Shown here: one piece after another, positions 19,173 to 33,882 of the stretch
How positions within the stretch are numbered: position 1 is the stretch's first letter
Layout of the letters: every line of letters begins with the position of its first letter
Assembly: GCA_963778655.1 (NCBI GenBank)
Contig: CAVZVA010000009.1
Location: 1,184,001 to 1,248,000 of the forward strand
Origin: an uncultured delta proteobacterium
Lineage (GTDB): Bacteria; Myxococcota_A; Polyangia; Polyangiales; JAFGIB01
Direction of reading: 5' to 3'
Length of the DNA stretch: 64,000 nt
The notes under the pieces: model-generated
Seen by the model: only the letters and a program-made list of their open reading frames with translations
The model's database searches: none
What the model was told of the DNA's origin: nothing
Made by a program: the position numbers and the translations under genes

Positions 19173-19898
19173 TCATTCGAACAGGTCGAGCTGGCGGCGG
19201 CCGATCGCGGGCTCAGCAGCCGGTGGGTCGACGCACTCGGGGCCGTCGATCGCGGCGGTGTTGACGCGGCGGCCGACCTCCTGGGCACCCAGATGGGTCA
19301 CGTCTTGCGCGCTCCTGGCCAGCGCGCGCAGCTCCGTCGCCGAGGGCGGATCCGCGCGCAGCCAGCGCTCGACGTCCACGCCGCGCAGCTCGAGCGGCAT
19401 GCGGTCGTGGATCTCCTGCAGCACGCCGGCGGCCTGCGTGGTGACGATGGCGAAGGTGTCCAGCGCTTCGCCGTCCGCCGACACCCACGATTCGAACAAA
19501 CCGGCCAGTGCCATGGCCCCGCCGCGCTTCGGCCGGATCCACAGCGGTTGCTTGCCCCCTCCGGCGGCTTGCTTGCGCCACTCGAAGTAGCCGGTGGCGG
19601 GCACCACGCAGCGGCGTACCGCAAAGGCTTCGCGAAAGCTGGGTCGGGTGGCCACCGTCTCCACGCGTGCATTGATCAGACGGCTCCCGACCCGTAGATC
19701 CTTGGCGCCGCGCGGGACCAGACCCCAGCGCAGCGCTTCGAGCGTACGCCCCTTCTCGCGCTGCAGCACCACCGGCGCCGGCTGACTTGGCGCGATGTTG
19801 TAGCGGGGGACCCAGCCGTGGATCAGCACGCGCTGGACGTCGAACAATCCTCGCAGCTCGCCGAGGTCGTCCAGGTGCAGCGTGTAGCGACCACACAT
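19173..19898 (-). CDS. SRAP (SOS response-associated peptidase, YedK/HMCES family) abasic-site protecting protein
   Basis: N-terminal MCGRY, RYNIAP, WGLVP, INARVET, GYFEW, IHDRMP. Confidence 0.93.
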   Translation of the reverse strand: MCGRYTLHLDDLGELRGLFDVQRVLIHGWVPRYNIAPSQPAPVVLQREKGRTLEALRWGLVPRGAKDLRVGSRLINARVETVATRPSFREAFAVRRCVVPATGYFEWRKQAAGGGKQPLWIRPKRGGAMALAGLFESWVSADGEALDTFAIVTTQAAGVLQEIHDRMPLELRGVDVERWLRADPPSATELRALARSAQDVTHLGAQEVGRRVNTAAIDGPECVDPPAAEPAIGRRQLDLFE

Positions 19899-19913
19899 GG
19901 CGACCGCGCCGGC

Positions 19914-22433
<2,520 letters not shown>

Positions 22434-22681
22434 CGAGATACCAACCGGCGTCGGCCGCGGAAAGATTGCGCCCGAGCGGGTCGCGCGTGGGGCCCATGGG
22501 CCCCGATCCAGGCCCGCCCGAAAGCATACCCCAAATTCCGGCCCCGGCAGGACCTAACCCGCCCGATGGGATCGGGCCTGCGCATCCCATTTTCCGGATT
22601 TCCCAGGGTGGGCGCCGGATCCCCAGACTACGGAGGGCTACAAACTAGGGCGGCCGCGGCAAGGCCTGCGGCCGCGCGAGC

Positions 22682-23938
<1,257 letters not shown>

Positions 23939-24146
23939 GACTCTGCTCCGAGAACACCAGCCTACGACTGAGCTAGTCTACCAACCGTACATCGACCCAG
24001 CAAGGATTCACGGCCACGCGGCCGCAGAGTGCCGCGCCGCGCTCGGTGCGCCGAGCCAGGGCCGTGACCCCAAGCGAGGATAGGCCCGCGGCGCGCGGCG
24101 CCCGAGTCGACGCGACAGCATGACCAATTGCGGGAACGCGCCGGGC

Positions 24147-24770
24147 TCACGCCGGATCGCTTTTGCGCGACTGGATGACACCGTCGATGATCCCGTACTC
24201 CAGCGCCTGTTCGGCCGTCATGAAGCGGTCGCGCTCGGTGTCGTCCTTGATCTGCTCTTCCGGCTTGCCGGTGTGCTTGGCCAGGATCTCGTTCATGCGC
24301 TTGCGCAAGTAGATCACCTCGCGCGCGTGGATCTCGATATCGCTGACCTGACCGCGCACGCCGCTGCTCGGTTGGTGGATCATGATCCGGCTATTGGGCA
24401 GAGCGCGGCGCAGGCCCTTGGTGCCGGAGGCCAGGATCCACGCGCCCATCGAGGCGGCGAGCCCGATGCACACCGTCGCCACCGGTGCGCGCACGTATTG
24501 CATGGTGTCGTAGATGGCAAGGCCGGCCGTGATCGAGCCGCCGGGGCTGTTGATGTAGAGCGTGATCTCCTTGTCCGGGTCCTCGCTCTCCAGGTACAGC
24601 ATCTGGGCGATGATGATGTTGGCCGCGTCGTCGTTGACCTCGCTGCCGAGGAACACGATGCGGTCGTTGAGCAGGCGGCTGAAGATGTCCCAGCTGCGCT
24701 CTCCGCGCGGCGTGGTCTCTACGACCTGCGGATAGGGGATGAAGCCAACCGGTCGTTCCACTTTCTTCAT
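24147..24770 (-). CDS. clpP: ClpP peptidase
   Basis: YINSPGG, GLAASMG, IMIHQP, ERDRFM. Confidence 0.97.
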   Translation of the reverse strand: MKKVERPVGFIPYPQVVETTPRGERSWDIFSRLLNDRIVFLGSEVNDDAANIIIAQMLYLESEDPDKEITLYINSPGGSITAGLAIYDTMQYVRAPVATVCIGLAASMGAWILASGTKGLRRALPNSRIMIHQPSSGVRGQVSDIEIHAREVIYLRKRMNEILAKHTGKPEEQIKDDTERDRFMTAEQALEYGIIDGVIQSRKSDPA

Positions 24771-24814
24771 CGCTCGCCTCCTGCTCCCTGCGTCCCTCGA
24801 TCGTCCGCCGCGCT

Positions 24815-26282
24815 TCAGCCTTCGTCTTCGGCCTTACCGCCCGCGTCCGGCGCCTTCTTGGTCCGGCCGCCCTTGCCGCTCTTGGCTTTGCTCTTGCTCG
24901 CGCTGTCCTGGCTCTTGCTCGCGCTGTCCTGCGCCTTGGCTTTGGGCTTGGTCTTCTTCTCGTCCGCTGCGGACGGCTCCGGCGGGGCTTCGGTGCCCTC
25001 CGCCGCGGCGGCAGGCACGCCCTCGGTGATCGTAGCCTGGGAGCGCAGATACTCAAGTAGCTTGTTCTGCAGCAGCTGGCTGTGCAGCCCCTCGCGCTGC
25101 TCGCCCTGGTACTCGGCCCGCACCTTGGCCACGTGCTTGCCGCTCTGCTCGGCGATCTCCTGGAGCTTGACCTCGACGTCCTCCTCGCTGACCGTCAGCT
25201 TCTGCTGCTCGGCGATCGCGCCGAACAGCAACCCGGCCCGGATCTTGCGCTCCGCCCGCGCGTGCATCTGGCCGTGCATCTCCTCGTCGAAGGGCAGCGG
25301 CCGCCCCAGCATCTGCTGCAGCTGATGCAGCTCCGCCAGCATCGCCCGCTCCTGCTGCTCGACCATGCTGTGCGGGACCGGCACCGGGTTTAGGTCCACC
25401 AGCTTGTCGACCAGCTGCTCGCGCAGCTGCGCTTCAGCCTGGCGCTCTGCCGCGTCTTGTAGGCGCTTGCGCACGTCGGCGCGTAGCGCTTGCAGCGACT
25501 CGTGCTCGAGGTCCTTGGCGAAGTCGTCGTCCGCGTCCGGCAGCACCTTCTGCTGCATCTGCTTGACCCGGAGCTTGAACACCGCGGCCTTGCCGCGCAG
25601 CGCTTCGCGGCCGTAGTCGTCGGGGAAGGTCATCTGGACCTCGCGCTCCTCGCCGACCGCCGCGCCCTGCAACCCGGCCTCGATCTCGGCCAACAGGCGC
25701 TCGGCCCCGAGCTCGGCGCGCGTATCGGTCGAGCCCAGCTCGGGTCGCAGCTCGCCGTCGACGCGGACCTCGATGTCGAGCAGCAGCAGGTCGCCGTCGC
25801 GCGCCGGGCGCGGCGGATCGGGCGCGACCAGCTCGGCATTCTGCTCGCGCAGGCGGTCGATTCTCACGCTCGATGTCGGCGTCCTCGACCGCCTCGAGCT
25901 TACGCTCGACGTTGAGCCCGCCCAGCTCGACCTGGTCGATCTTGGGGCGCACCTCGAGCTTGGCGGTGAAGCGCCAGGGCTGCCCCTCGGCCAGCGCTGG
26001 GCTGTCCATGTCGGCCACCGACACCGGCTCGAGCGCGTGCTCCTTGACCGCCGCGCCCAGTCCTTCCTCGGCCAGCTGTGAGGTCACGTCGCGCTCGATG
26101 CTCTTGCCCATCAGGCTCTTGACCACGTTGCGCGGGACCTTGCCGGGGCGGAAGCCGCGCACGCGCGCGGTGCGCTGCAGCTTGCGGTACGCGACCTCGA
26201 GGTTCTCGCTGACCTTGCTCCAAGGAACCTCGATTTTGACTTCCACCTCGGTGGGGCTGATCTTCTCGACCTGCGATTGCAT
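24815..26282 (-). CDS. tig: Trigger factor, one extra base at about 25861 (probable sequencing error)
   Basis: GFRPGKVP ribosome-binding motif in one frame; FPDDY..L.GK and DDDFAK in the next; removing one base gives EREIDRLRE; precedes clpP. Confidence 0.92.
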
Positions 26283-26445
26283 GAGCGGGTTTGCCTCCAA
26301 GTGAGTGTCCCCGGAATCCGCCTCGAGCCGGCCCGGCGGCGGTGCAGCGCCCCCGGCAACCCCGGCAGTCATGGCCGGTCTTCAGGAAGCGGGGCCCCGC
26401 GCCTCGCGGGTCGAGGGGGCTGGCTACCATGCGGGTGGACAAGGT

Positions 26446-27903
26446 TCAATCGGCCGGCACGGCGGGCGCGCGCGCGCCATCGGCCTTGCGATCGGCCCAG
26501 CGGGCGAAGCGATCGCGCAGGCTCACCTGCAGCTCCTGCGGCACGTGGCGCAGCACCAACAGCGCGCGCCCGGAGCGCGCGACCAGCTGTTGCGCCTGCT
26601 CGGCGCCGGGGACTGCGGCAGCCGCGCGCTCCGCGGCGTGTGCGGCGCGCTCGGCGCCGGCCGCGTCCTCCCACAGGCTGACCCATACCACCGCCACCCG
26701 GTCCGCTCCGGCACGGTATGCGTACAGCCGGTCCCCGCGCCAGGCCTGGACCGCCCGTTGGGCTTCCGGCTCGGGCAGCCCCTGGCCGAAATACACGCCC
26801 ATCTCGAGCTCGCCCAGCGTGTCCTGATACAGCAGCTCGTAGTCGCGGCCCAGCGCACGCGGCGCGCGCGGCAGCCGCACCGGCTCGGGTGCGACGCGCC
26901 GGACGAAGCGCTCGGGGTGCAGCACCTGGTCGGTCGACGCGGGTGGATCGGCGTGGGCGCGGTCGACGCGTCCCCAGCCGCCGTCGCCGTGCAGATAGGC
27001 CGCGAAGGTCAAGCCGTCGACGTACGAGGACAGCAGCGGCACGCGCACGATCGCAGGCGCGCTGCCGAGCTCGCTGCCGGTGAGCGGCGAGCCGCGCACC
27101 AGATCGGAGAGATTGCGCACCCGCGCCGGATCGCGCGTGAGCTGGGATAGCGGCAGCGCTTCGCCCTCCAGCGCGAACGCGATCATCGCCAGCGTGGCGT
27201 CGCCCTCGATCAGCGCGCGGAAGGCGTTGTCGGCATCGCTGTCGCGGTTGCGCGCGATGTTCGCCGACAGTCCCAGGCGCTGGTCCTGCAGCGCGTGGAC
27301 CAGCTCGTGCACCAGCACTACGCGGGCCTCGGCGAGATCGACGCTCGATTCGCCGCCGCCGCCCCCGAAGGCGCGCATCACGTCGTCGCGCACGACCAGG
27401 TGGTGCGCTTCGACGTCGTAGTAGCCGACGATCTGCTCGCCCATCAGCCGCAGCAGCAGCGCGCGCACGTCGAGCCGGGGCGAGAGCAACCCGAGCGCAG
27501 TGTAGATGACGCGCGAGCGCTCGAGCTCGTCCTGTTTGATCTGACTGTCGACGTAGGCCGTGATCGCTTCTGGATCCTGGACCAGCACCGGCACCGTGTG
27601 CGCGAAGCGCAGGCCTCGCACGCGCTCGGCTGCGTCGATCAGCGGCTGGATCACCGCGAGCTCGCGCGGCGTGACCTCGCGCGTGTGGCCGGCCAGCTCG
27701 GCCGGCGCCGGCGGCGCGGGCGCTTCGGTGATCGGCTCGGCGGTGCTGCGCGGCGCCGGCTCGGCCGGCTTGCCGGCGGCCGGCGAGGCGGCGCAGCCCG
27801 CGGCCGCCGCGGCCAGCAGGATCGCGAGCAACGCGCCCGCCAGCCGGCACGCCGGCACGCGGCTCGGCGGGCGAAGCGCGCCACGCGCGGGTGCGCGCCT
27901 CAT
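26446..27903 (-). CDS. Lipoprotein with gluzincin-like metallopeptidase motif
   Basis: Lipobox-like AAGC; GYYD; HELVHALQDQ followed by ALIEGDA; ATGA overlap with rnj stop. Confidence 0.65.
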   Translation of the reverse strand: MRRAPARGALRPPSRVPACRLAGALLAILLAAAAAGCAASPAAGKPAEPAPRSTAEPITEAPAPPAPAELAGHTREVTPRELAVIQPLIDAAERVRGLRFAHTVPVLVQDPEAITAYVDSQIKQDELERSRVIYTALGLLSPRLDVRALLLRLMGEQIVGYYDVEAHHLVVRDDVMRAFGGGGGESSVDLAEARVVLVHELVHALQDQRLGLSANIARNRDSDADNAFRALIEGDATLAMIAFALEGEALPLSQLTRDPARVRNLSDLVRGSPLTGSELGSAPAIVRVPLLSSYVDGLTFAAYLHGDGGWGRVDRAHADPPASTDQVLHPERFVRRVAPEPVRLPRAPRALGRDYELLYQDTLGELEMGVYFGQGLPEPEAQRAVQAWRGDRLYAYRAGADRVAVVWVSLWEDAAGAERAAHAAERAAAAVPGAEQAQQLVARSGRALLVLRHVPQELQVSLRDRFARWADRKADGARAPAVPAD

Positions 27904-29603
27904 GAGCCCGACCGCCGGACCACGGCCTGCACGCTCGGGCGCCAGCCGATCGCGCCCCTGAAGACGCGGCGCGCCGCCCGCGCCGCCGTCTCCTCGATCG
28001 TCTCCAGCTCCGCGTGCGGCTCGAGCGCCCGCAGGGCGCGGTCGACCGCGAGCTGCACGGCTTCGCGCAGGCGCAGCTCCGCGAGCGAGAGCGCGTCGGT
28101 CACGCCGTGGACCGCGACTTCGGCCGGTACGGCCAGGCGGCCTTCGGCGTCGAGGTCGAGCAGCAGCACGACCATGCCGCCCTCGGCCATCAGCGCCCGC
28201 TGGCGCAACACCTCGCCCGTGACCTCAGCGCCGTGCTGGATGTGGACGCGCCCGGTGCGGACCTGCTCGGCCACGCGCATGCGCGCGATGTCGACCTCGA
28301 CCAGCGCGCCGTTCTCTACCACCAGCGTCTCGGGCACGCCCAGCGACTGGGCCAGTGTGGCGTGGCGTTGCAGGTGCACGAAGGCGCCGTGAACGGGCAC
28401 GAAGCCGCGCGGCTTGGTCAGCTCGATCATGCGCCGCTGCTCGGCGCGGCAGGCGTGGCCACTGACGTGCAGAGCGGCGTCGTCGCGCCGCGTGAGCACC
28501 CGCACGCCGCGCCGCTCGAGCGCGTCGATGGTGGCGTAGATCTGGCGCTCGCGGCCCGGGATCACCCGCGAGGAGAGCACCACCTGGTCGCCCGGCTCGA
28601 GCGTGAGCACGGGGTGGGTGCCGCGTGCCAGCCGGCGCAGCGCGGCGCGCGCTTCGCCTTGCGAGCCGGTGGCCACCACCAGCAGCTGCTGGCGCGGCAC
28701 CGCCTGCGCCTCGCGCTCAGAGACCAGCAGCGAGCGATCATAGGACAGCCGCGCCAGCGCTTCGGCCACGCGCGCGTGCGTGTGCAGCGCGCGACCCAGG
28801 AACAGCACGCGCCGGCCGAGCGCGCGGGCGCGCTGCAGCACCCCGTCGAGCCGCTGCACGTTGGAGGCGAACATGCACAGCACCACACGGCCGGGCGCGC
28901 GGGCCAGGTGCGCCTCGATCGCCGCCACGACCGGGCGCTCGCCACCAGCGTGGCCTTCGACCTCGGCGTTGGTCGAGTCGCTCAGCAGCAGGCGCACGCC
29001 CTGCGCGCCGACCTCGGCCAACAAGGCCTCGTCGAAACGCTCGCCGTCCAGCGGGTCGTCGTCAATCTTGAAGTCGCCCGAATGCACCACGGTTGCACCC
29101 GGCATGCGCAGCACCAGGCCGGTCGAATCGGGGATCGAGTGCGTCACGCGAAAAGGCGTGACCTCGAATGGACCCAGCGACAACGGCTGGCGCGGGCAGG
29201 TCTCGGTCAGGCGCACCGAGCGTCCCAGGCTGGCTTCGCGCAGGCGTTCCTCGGCCAGCGCGAGCGCATAGGGTGTGCCGTACACCGGCACGTCGAGGTC
29301 GCGCAGCAGGTAGGGCAGGGCGCCGATGTGATCTTCATGGCCGTGGGTGAGCACGATCGCTTCGACCGCGTCGGGACGGTCCAGCAGATAGTCGAAGTCG
29401 GGGTGGATCACGTCGATGCCGGGCTCGGCGTCGGGGAAGGTCACGCCGCAGTCCACCACCAGCACGCGGCCGGCCACCTCGATCGCGAGGCAGTTCATGC
29501 CGACTTCGCCCAGCCCGCCCAGCGCCACCAGCCGAAAGCGCCCGTCGGCTGCGGCCGAATCGGCGCCTGGGGCGGCCTGCGGCGGTGGACGGGTGGGAGT
29601 CAT
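27900..29603 (-). CDS. rnj: Ribonuclease J
   Basis: LGGLGEVGMN, THGHEDHIG, HSIPD, SGDFK, SDSTN, TGSQGE, HVSGH, PVHG. Confidence 0.93.
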   Translation of the reverse strand: MTPTRPPPQAAPGADSAAADGRFRLVALGGLGEVGMNCLAIEVAGRVLVVDCGVTFPDAEPGIDVIHPDFDYLLDRPDAVEAIVLTHGHEDHIGALPYLLRDLDVPVYGTPYALALAEERLREASLGRSVRLTETCPRQPLSLGPFEVTPFRVTHSIPDSTGLVLRMPGATVVHSGDFKIDDDPLDGERFDEALLAEVGAQGVRLLLSDSTNAEVEGHAGGERPVVAAIEAHLARAPGRVVLCMFASNVQRLDGVLQRARALGRRVLFLGRALHTHARVAEALARLSYDRSLLVSEREAQAVPRQQLLVVATGSQGEARAALRRLARGTHPVLTLEPGDQVVLSSRVIPGRERQIYATIDALERRGVRVLTRRDDAALHVSGHACRAEQRRMIELTKPRGFVPVHGAFVHLQRHATLAQSLGVPETLVVENGALVEVDIARMRVAEQVRTGRVHIQHGAEVTGEVLRQRALMAEGGMVVLLLDLDAEGRLAVPAEVAVHGVTDALSLAELRLREAVQLAVDRALRALEPHAELETIEETAARAARRVFRGAIGWRPSVQAVVRRSGS

Positions 29604-30022
29604 CCGCGATGGGGGAGGCGCGCCCGCACGCAGGCCGCAGCGCGCTCGCTCGGCGGAGCGCGGTCTGGGCACGAGGCTGCGCTGGGGTAACCGCTCACGG
29701 GTCTTTCAATCCCGTGACGCGAAGCGCTTGGCGAGCGAGGCAAGCCTCGCGCGGGGGCCTCCACAATCCTCGGAATCGTGCGGGCACGATCGGCTCAGTC
29801 ATCCCCAAGGCCTGTCCACGGGCTGGATCATCCCGGTGTCCCACAGGTTGCGGGTCCTGCTCGGCAGATGACCGTGCGCCGGTCGGGTATGAGTGCGCTC
29901 GCGCCACTTGCCTGAGACTTGTCCAAGCCTGCGGGCCCGAGTCAAGAGCCGTAGCGCTCCGGCAGTGGCGGAAAACCACCGATCGCGACGCTTTCCCGCG
30001 GACTTGCTCCGGAAGTTGGCAT

Positions 30023-30052
30023 TTGACCGGCCGAAAGCTCCCGTGCTACCCA
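30023..30052 (+). promoter_or_regulatory. Candidate sigma70 promoter TTGACC-N18-TACCCA
   Basis: Direct reading, with TG extension, upstream of ATG 30131. Confidence 0.35.
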
Positions 30053-30130
30053 GCCTCCGCCCTCGGCCCCGCCCTCGCCGCTCCGTGCATCGTGCGAGAG
30101 GGCAGCCCGCTGTGCCGTAGGAGAACGATC

Positions 30131-32314
30131 ATGCGTTGGCGTCTTTGGATCTGCCTCCTGGTTGCGCCGTGTTGGGCGATAAGCGCCAGCGTACTGGCGC
30201 AGGCGGGCGGTCCGCCCGCGGATAAGAGCGCGCCCAAGCCCAAGCCCAAGCCCGAGGACACGCCGAAGGCGAAGCCGGCCGCCGCGAAACCGCAGCCGGC
30301 CGAGACGAAGCCGCCGAGCGCGGCGCCCGCGTCGCCTTCACAAGGCGAGAGCAAGGCCGAGCCCGAGGCCGCGCCCGCCGCAGGGAGCGCAGCCGCGGCC
30401 CCGGTGGCCGCTGCAGCCGAGCCGGGCGCGCCGACCGAGCCCGCAGCTGGAGCCGAGCCGGCCCCCGAGGGAGAGGCGCCCGCCGCGCCCGGGCCCGGTG
30501 CGGGAGCCAGCGAGCCGGCAGCCGAGCCACCCGCGCTGAGCCCGCCCGAGGCCGCTCCACCGAGCGCACTGGCCGCGCCCGCTGCGCCCTCGAACGAGGT
30601 GCCCTCGCCGGGCGAGATGGAGAACATGCTGTCGCAGCAGCTGGCGGCCTCCTCGCAGCCCAGCCGCGACTGGACTGCGCCCGCGCCGGTGTTGACCTTG
30701 CACGGCTACATGCGCGTGCGCGGCGAGCTGATGGACACCTTCTGGCTCAATCGCCCGACCTCCGACGAGCTCACGACTCGGCTCATGGCCGAGAACAAGA
30801 CCTACAACGGCGCGCTGAATCAGGGACCCAATCCGTTCACCCGCTTCCGTCCGATCGAGCGGCGCGTCGCCCAGGCCGACTGCGTGAGCGAGAGCCACAC
30901 CGGCAACCTGTGCAACGTTAGCACGCTGCGTTTCGCGAACATGCGGCTGCGGCTTTCGCCCCAGCTCAACGTGAGCGAGGACGTACGCGTCAAGATGACC
31001 TTCGACGTGTTCGACAACCTGGTGCTCGGGCACCCGCCGGACTCGTTCTACGGCCCCGCCGCCGACGCCACCGGCAAGCCCACCGGCGCCGACACCGTGC
31101 TCAGTAACGGCGTGGCCACGCCCGACGGCTCTCCACAGCTCGGCAGCAGTATCAAGGCGCGCTACGCCTGGGGCGAGGTCCGTAACCGCGACCTCGGCGA
31201 GCTGCGCTTCGGGCGCATGCCGGAGAGCTGGGGCCTCGGGATGTACTACAACGCGGGCAATCGCCTGGACGACGATCGCTCGACCGACATCGACCGCGTG
31301 CTGGGCATCACCAAGCTGTTCGGCTTCTACCTCAGCGCGTCCTTCGATTTCGTCGGCGGCGGACCGCTGGCGGCGGGTTCCGACAATCGCCCGATCGAGC
31401 AGAGCCGGCTGACCTCGGTGCACCAGTACACCTTCTCGGCGGCGCGCCGCAGCAGCGACGAGGAGCTGGCCGCTGCGCGCGAGCGTGGCGACAACGTGGT
31501 CAACGGTGGCGTGCAATTCGCGGTGCGCAGCCAGGACTCGCTGGCCGAGCCTCCCACGACTACGACGACCTCGACCAGCGCGAGCGCGAAGGCGGCGGCC
31601 ATGCTGCCCGCGCTGCAGCGGGTCAACGCCGCCACGCGTGTCACCGACGTCTGGGGGTTGTTCCGCAGCCGCCACCTGCGGCTCGAGGGCGAGTTCGCCT
31701 GGGTCAACGGCAGCATGGACCAGGTGGATCCGCAGAACGGCTCCAGCCCTGCGCGCTACACCATCAACGCGCTCGGCTACGCGCTCGAGAGCGAAATCCG
31801 CCTGGTCAATGACAAGCTCGGGATCTATTTCGACCACGGGCTGGCGACCGGCGACAGCGACGTCGAAGGCCTCTCGTCGGACTCGGACTTCATCAACCAG
31901 CTGGACAGCAACCGCACCATCAGCACGTTCCGCTTCCATCCCTCGTACCGCATCGACCTGATCCTGTGGCGCAACATCATGCAGCAGGTCACGGGGGCGT
32001 ATTACTTCAAGCCCGGCATCAGCTACGATTTCATCCGCAGCGCGTTCGGCCAGCTCGCGGGCGCGCGCGTGGACTTCGTGTGGAGCCGGGCGACATCGTT
32101 CATCCAGAGCTGGGGCAACGCGCCCGACCTTGGTGTCGAGATCGACGGCAGCCTGTACTTTCGCAGCGAGGACGGCCCGGACCGCGATGACGGCTTTCAC
32201 GCGATGCTACAGTACGGCGTGCTGTTTCCGATGCGCGGCCTGAACACCCTGCAGGAGACCACCAACCTCGGCACGGCGCAGACGCTGCGCCTGGTGCTGG
32301 GCGTGGCCTTCTGA
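30131..32314 (+). CDS. TIGR04551-like myxobacterial outer-membrane beta-barrel protein
   Basis: Signal peptide, Pro/Ala linker, LHGYMRVR, ANMRLRL, FDNLVLG, FHPSYRIDLILWR, C-terminal Phe; family recalled, not searched. Confidence 0.7.
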   Translation: MRWRLWICLLVAPCWAISASVLAQAGGPPADKSAPKPKPKPEDTPKAKPAAAKPQPAETKPPSAAPASPSQGESKAEPEAAPAAGSAAAAPVAAAAEPGAPTEPAAGAEPAPEGEAPAAPGPGAGASEPAAEPPALSPPEAAPPSALAAPAAPSNEVPSPGEMENMLSQQLAASSQPSRDWTAPAPVLTLHGYMRVRGELMDTFWLNRPTSDELTTRLMAENKTYNGALNQGPNPFTRFRPIERRVAQADCVSESHTGNLCNVSTLRFANMRLRLSPQLNVSEDVRVKMTFDVFDNLVLGHPPDSFYGPAADATGKPTGADTVLSNGVATPDGSPQLGSSIKARYAWGEVRNRDLGELRFGRMPESWGLGMYYNAGNRLDDDRSTDIDRVLGITKLFGFYLSASFDFVGGGPLAAGSDNRPIEQSRLTSVHQYTFSAARRSSDEELAAARERGDNVVNGGVQFAVRSQDSLAEPPTTTTTSTSASAKAAAMLPALQRVNAATRVTDVWGLFRSRHLRLEGEFAWVNGSMDQVDPQNGSSPARYTINALGYALESEIRLVNDKLGIYFDHGLATGDSDVEGLSSDSDFINQLDSNRTISTFRFHPSYRIDLILWRNIMQQVTGAYYFKPGISYDFIRSAFGQLAGARVDFVWSRATSFIQSWGNAPDLGVEIDGSLYFRSEDGPDRDDGFHAMLQYGVLFPMRGLNTLQETTNLGTAQTLRLVLGVAF

Positions 32315-32417
32315 CTCGGGTTGCGGTCCCGACCCGCAACGCGCGCGAAACTGGCCGCCTGCGGGTCTCGGCCGCGTGCGCCTTGCAACTCGCCGCGCGG
32401 CCGGCCGATAACCGGGC

Positions 32418-33800
32418 ATGGCTCGCAACGACAAGCTGACCTACGAGTGCAACGCCTGCGGCGCCCAGAGCCCCAAGTGGCTGGGGCGCTGCCCGGAATG
32501 CGGGGCGTGGAGCACGCTGGTCGAGGCGCGCGCGCGTCCTGCGCAGGCGCGGCGCGCCTCCGCGGGGCGGGCGCCACTCGAGCTCGACGCGGTGCTGGCC
32601 GAGCAGTCGCCGCGGCTGCAGACCGGCATCGGCGAGCTCGACCGCGTGCTCGGCGGCGGGCTGGTGTCCGGCGCGGTGGTGCTGCTCGGCGGCGATCCCG
32701 GCATCGGCAAGAGCACGCTCCTGATGCAAACCGTGATCGCGATGGCGCGGCGAGAGCTGCCGGTGCTGTACGTCACCGGCGAGGAATCGGCGTCGCAGGT
32801 GGCGCTGCGCGCGCGCAGGTTGCGCCCCGCCCAGCCGGACCCGTCCGCGGGCGGCGCGAAAGGCGCGCTGCTGCTGGCGACCACCGAGCTCGCCGACGTG
32901 CAGGCGGCGCTGGAGCAGCAGCGCTACGCCCTGGTCGTGATCGATTCGATCCAGACCCTGCGCAGCGGCGAGCTGCAGTCGCCGCCGGGAAGCGTGGGGC
33001 AGCTGCGCGAGGTGGCCTCGCAGCTCACCGACCTGGCCAAGCAGGGCGGGGCGGCCATGGTCCTGATCGGGCACGTGACCAAGGACGGCACGCTGGCCGG
33101 GCCCAAGACGCTCGAGCATCTGGTGGACGTGGTGCTCTCGTTCGAAGGCGACAGCACCCAGGCCTACCGCATCGTGCGCGGGCAAAAGAACCGCTTCGGC
33201 CCCACCCATGAGGTGGGCGTGTTCGAGATGGTTGACGCCGGCCTGCGCGAGATCGCGGATCCGAGCGCGCTGTTCCTCTCGGAGCGTCCCGAGCGCGCGG
33301 CCGGATTGGCCGTGGTGCCGACCGCCGAGGGCAGCCGGCCGATGCTGCTCGAGGTGCAGGCGCTGGTGGCGCCCGCGCAGTACGGCGCCCCGCGTCGCGT
33401 GGTCACGGGTCTGGACGCCAGCCGGCTGGCGGTGCTGCTGGCAGTGCTGCAGCGCAAGGCCGGCGTGCAGGTGCTGGACCACGACGTCTTCGCCGGCGTC
33501 GCGGGCGGGGCGCGCGTCGAGGAGCCGGCGATGGACCTGGCGTTGTGCGCCGCGATCGTCTCCGCGCTGCGCGAGCGGCCGCTCGCACCTTCGCTGCTCG
33601 CGTTCGGCGAGGTGGGCCTGACCGGCGAGCTGCGCGCGGTGCCGCGCGCCGCCGTGCGCGTCGCGGAGGCGCGCAAGCTCGGCTTCACCCGCCTGGTGCT
33701 GCCCAAGGCCAGCGCCGAGCGGCTGAGCGCCAGCGAGCGCGCGGGGGTCGAGCTGCTGCCGGCGAGCAGCCTGGAGCAGGCGCTCGGCTTGATGTTTTAG
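32418..33800 (+). CDS. radA: DNA repair protein RadA/Sms
   Basis: C4 zinc finger, GDPGIGKST, DSIQT, KNRFG, GEVGLTGE. Confidence 0.96.
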   Translation: MARNDKLTYECNACGAQSPKWLGRCPECGAWSTLVEARARPAQARRASAGRAPLELDAVLAEQSPRLQTGIGELDRVLGGGLVSGAVVLLGGDPGIGKSTLLMQTVIAMARRELPVLYVTGEESASQVALRARRLRPAQPDPSAGGAKGALLLATTELADVQAALEQQRYALVVIDSIQTLRSGELQSPPGSVGQLREVASQLTDLAKQGGAAMVLIGHVTKDGTLAGPKTLEHLVDVVLSFEGDSTQAYRIVRGQKNRFGPTHEVGVFEMVDAGLREIADPSALFLSERPERAAGLAVVPTAEGSRPMLLEVQALVAPAQYGAPRRVVTGLDASRLAVLLAVLQRKAGVQVLDHDVFAGVAGGARVEEPAMDLALCAAIVSALRERPLAPSLLAFGEVGLTGELRAVPRAAVRVAEARKLGFTRLVLPKASAERLSASERAGVELLPASSLEQALGLMF

Positions 33801-33882
33801 GTAACCGGGAGGGGCACGCGCCCCGCTCGCCCGTTGAGCAAGGCGTTGCGCGCGCTCGCCGCTGCCCCATTGGGCGGCCGAA

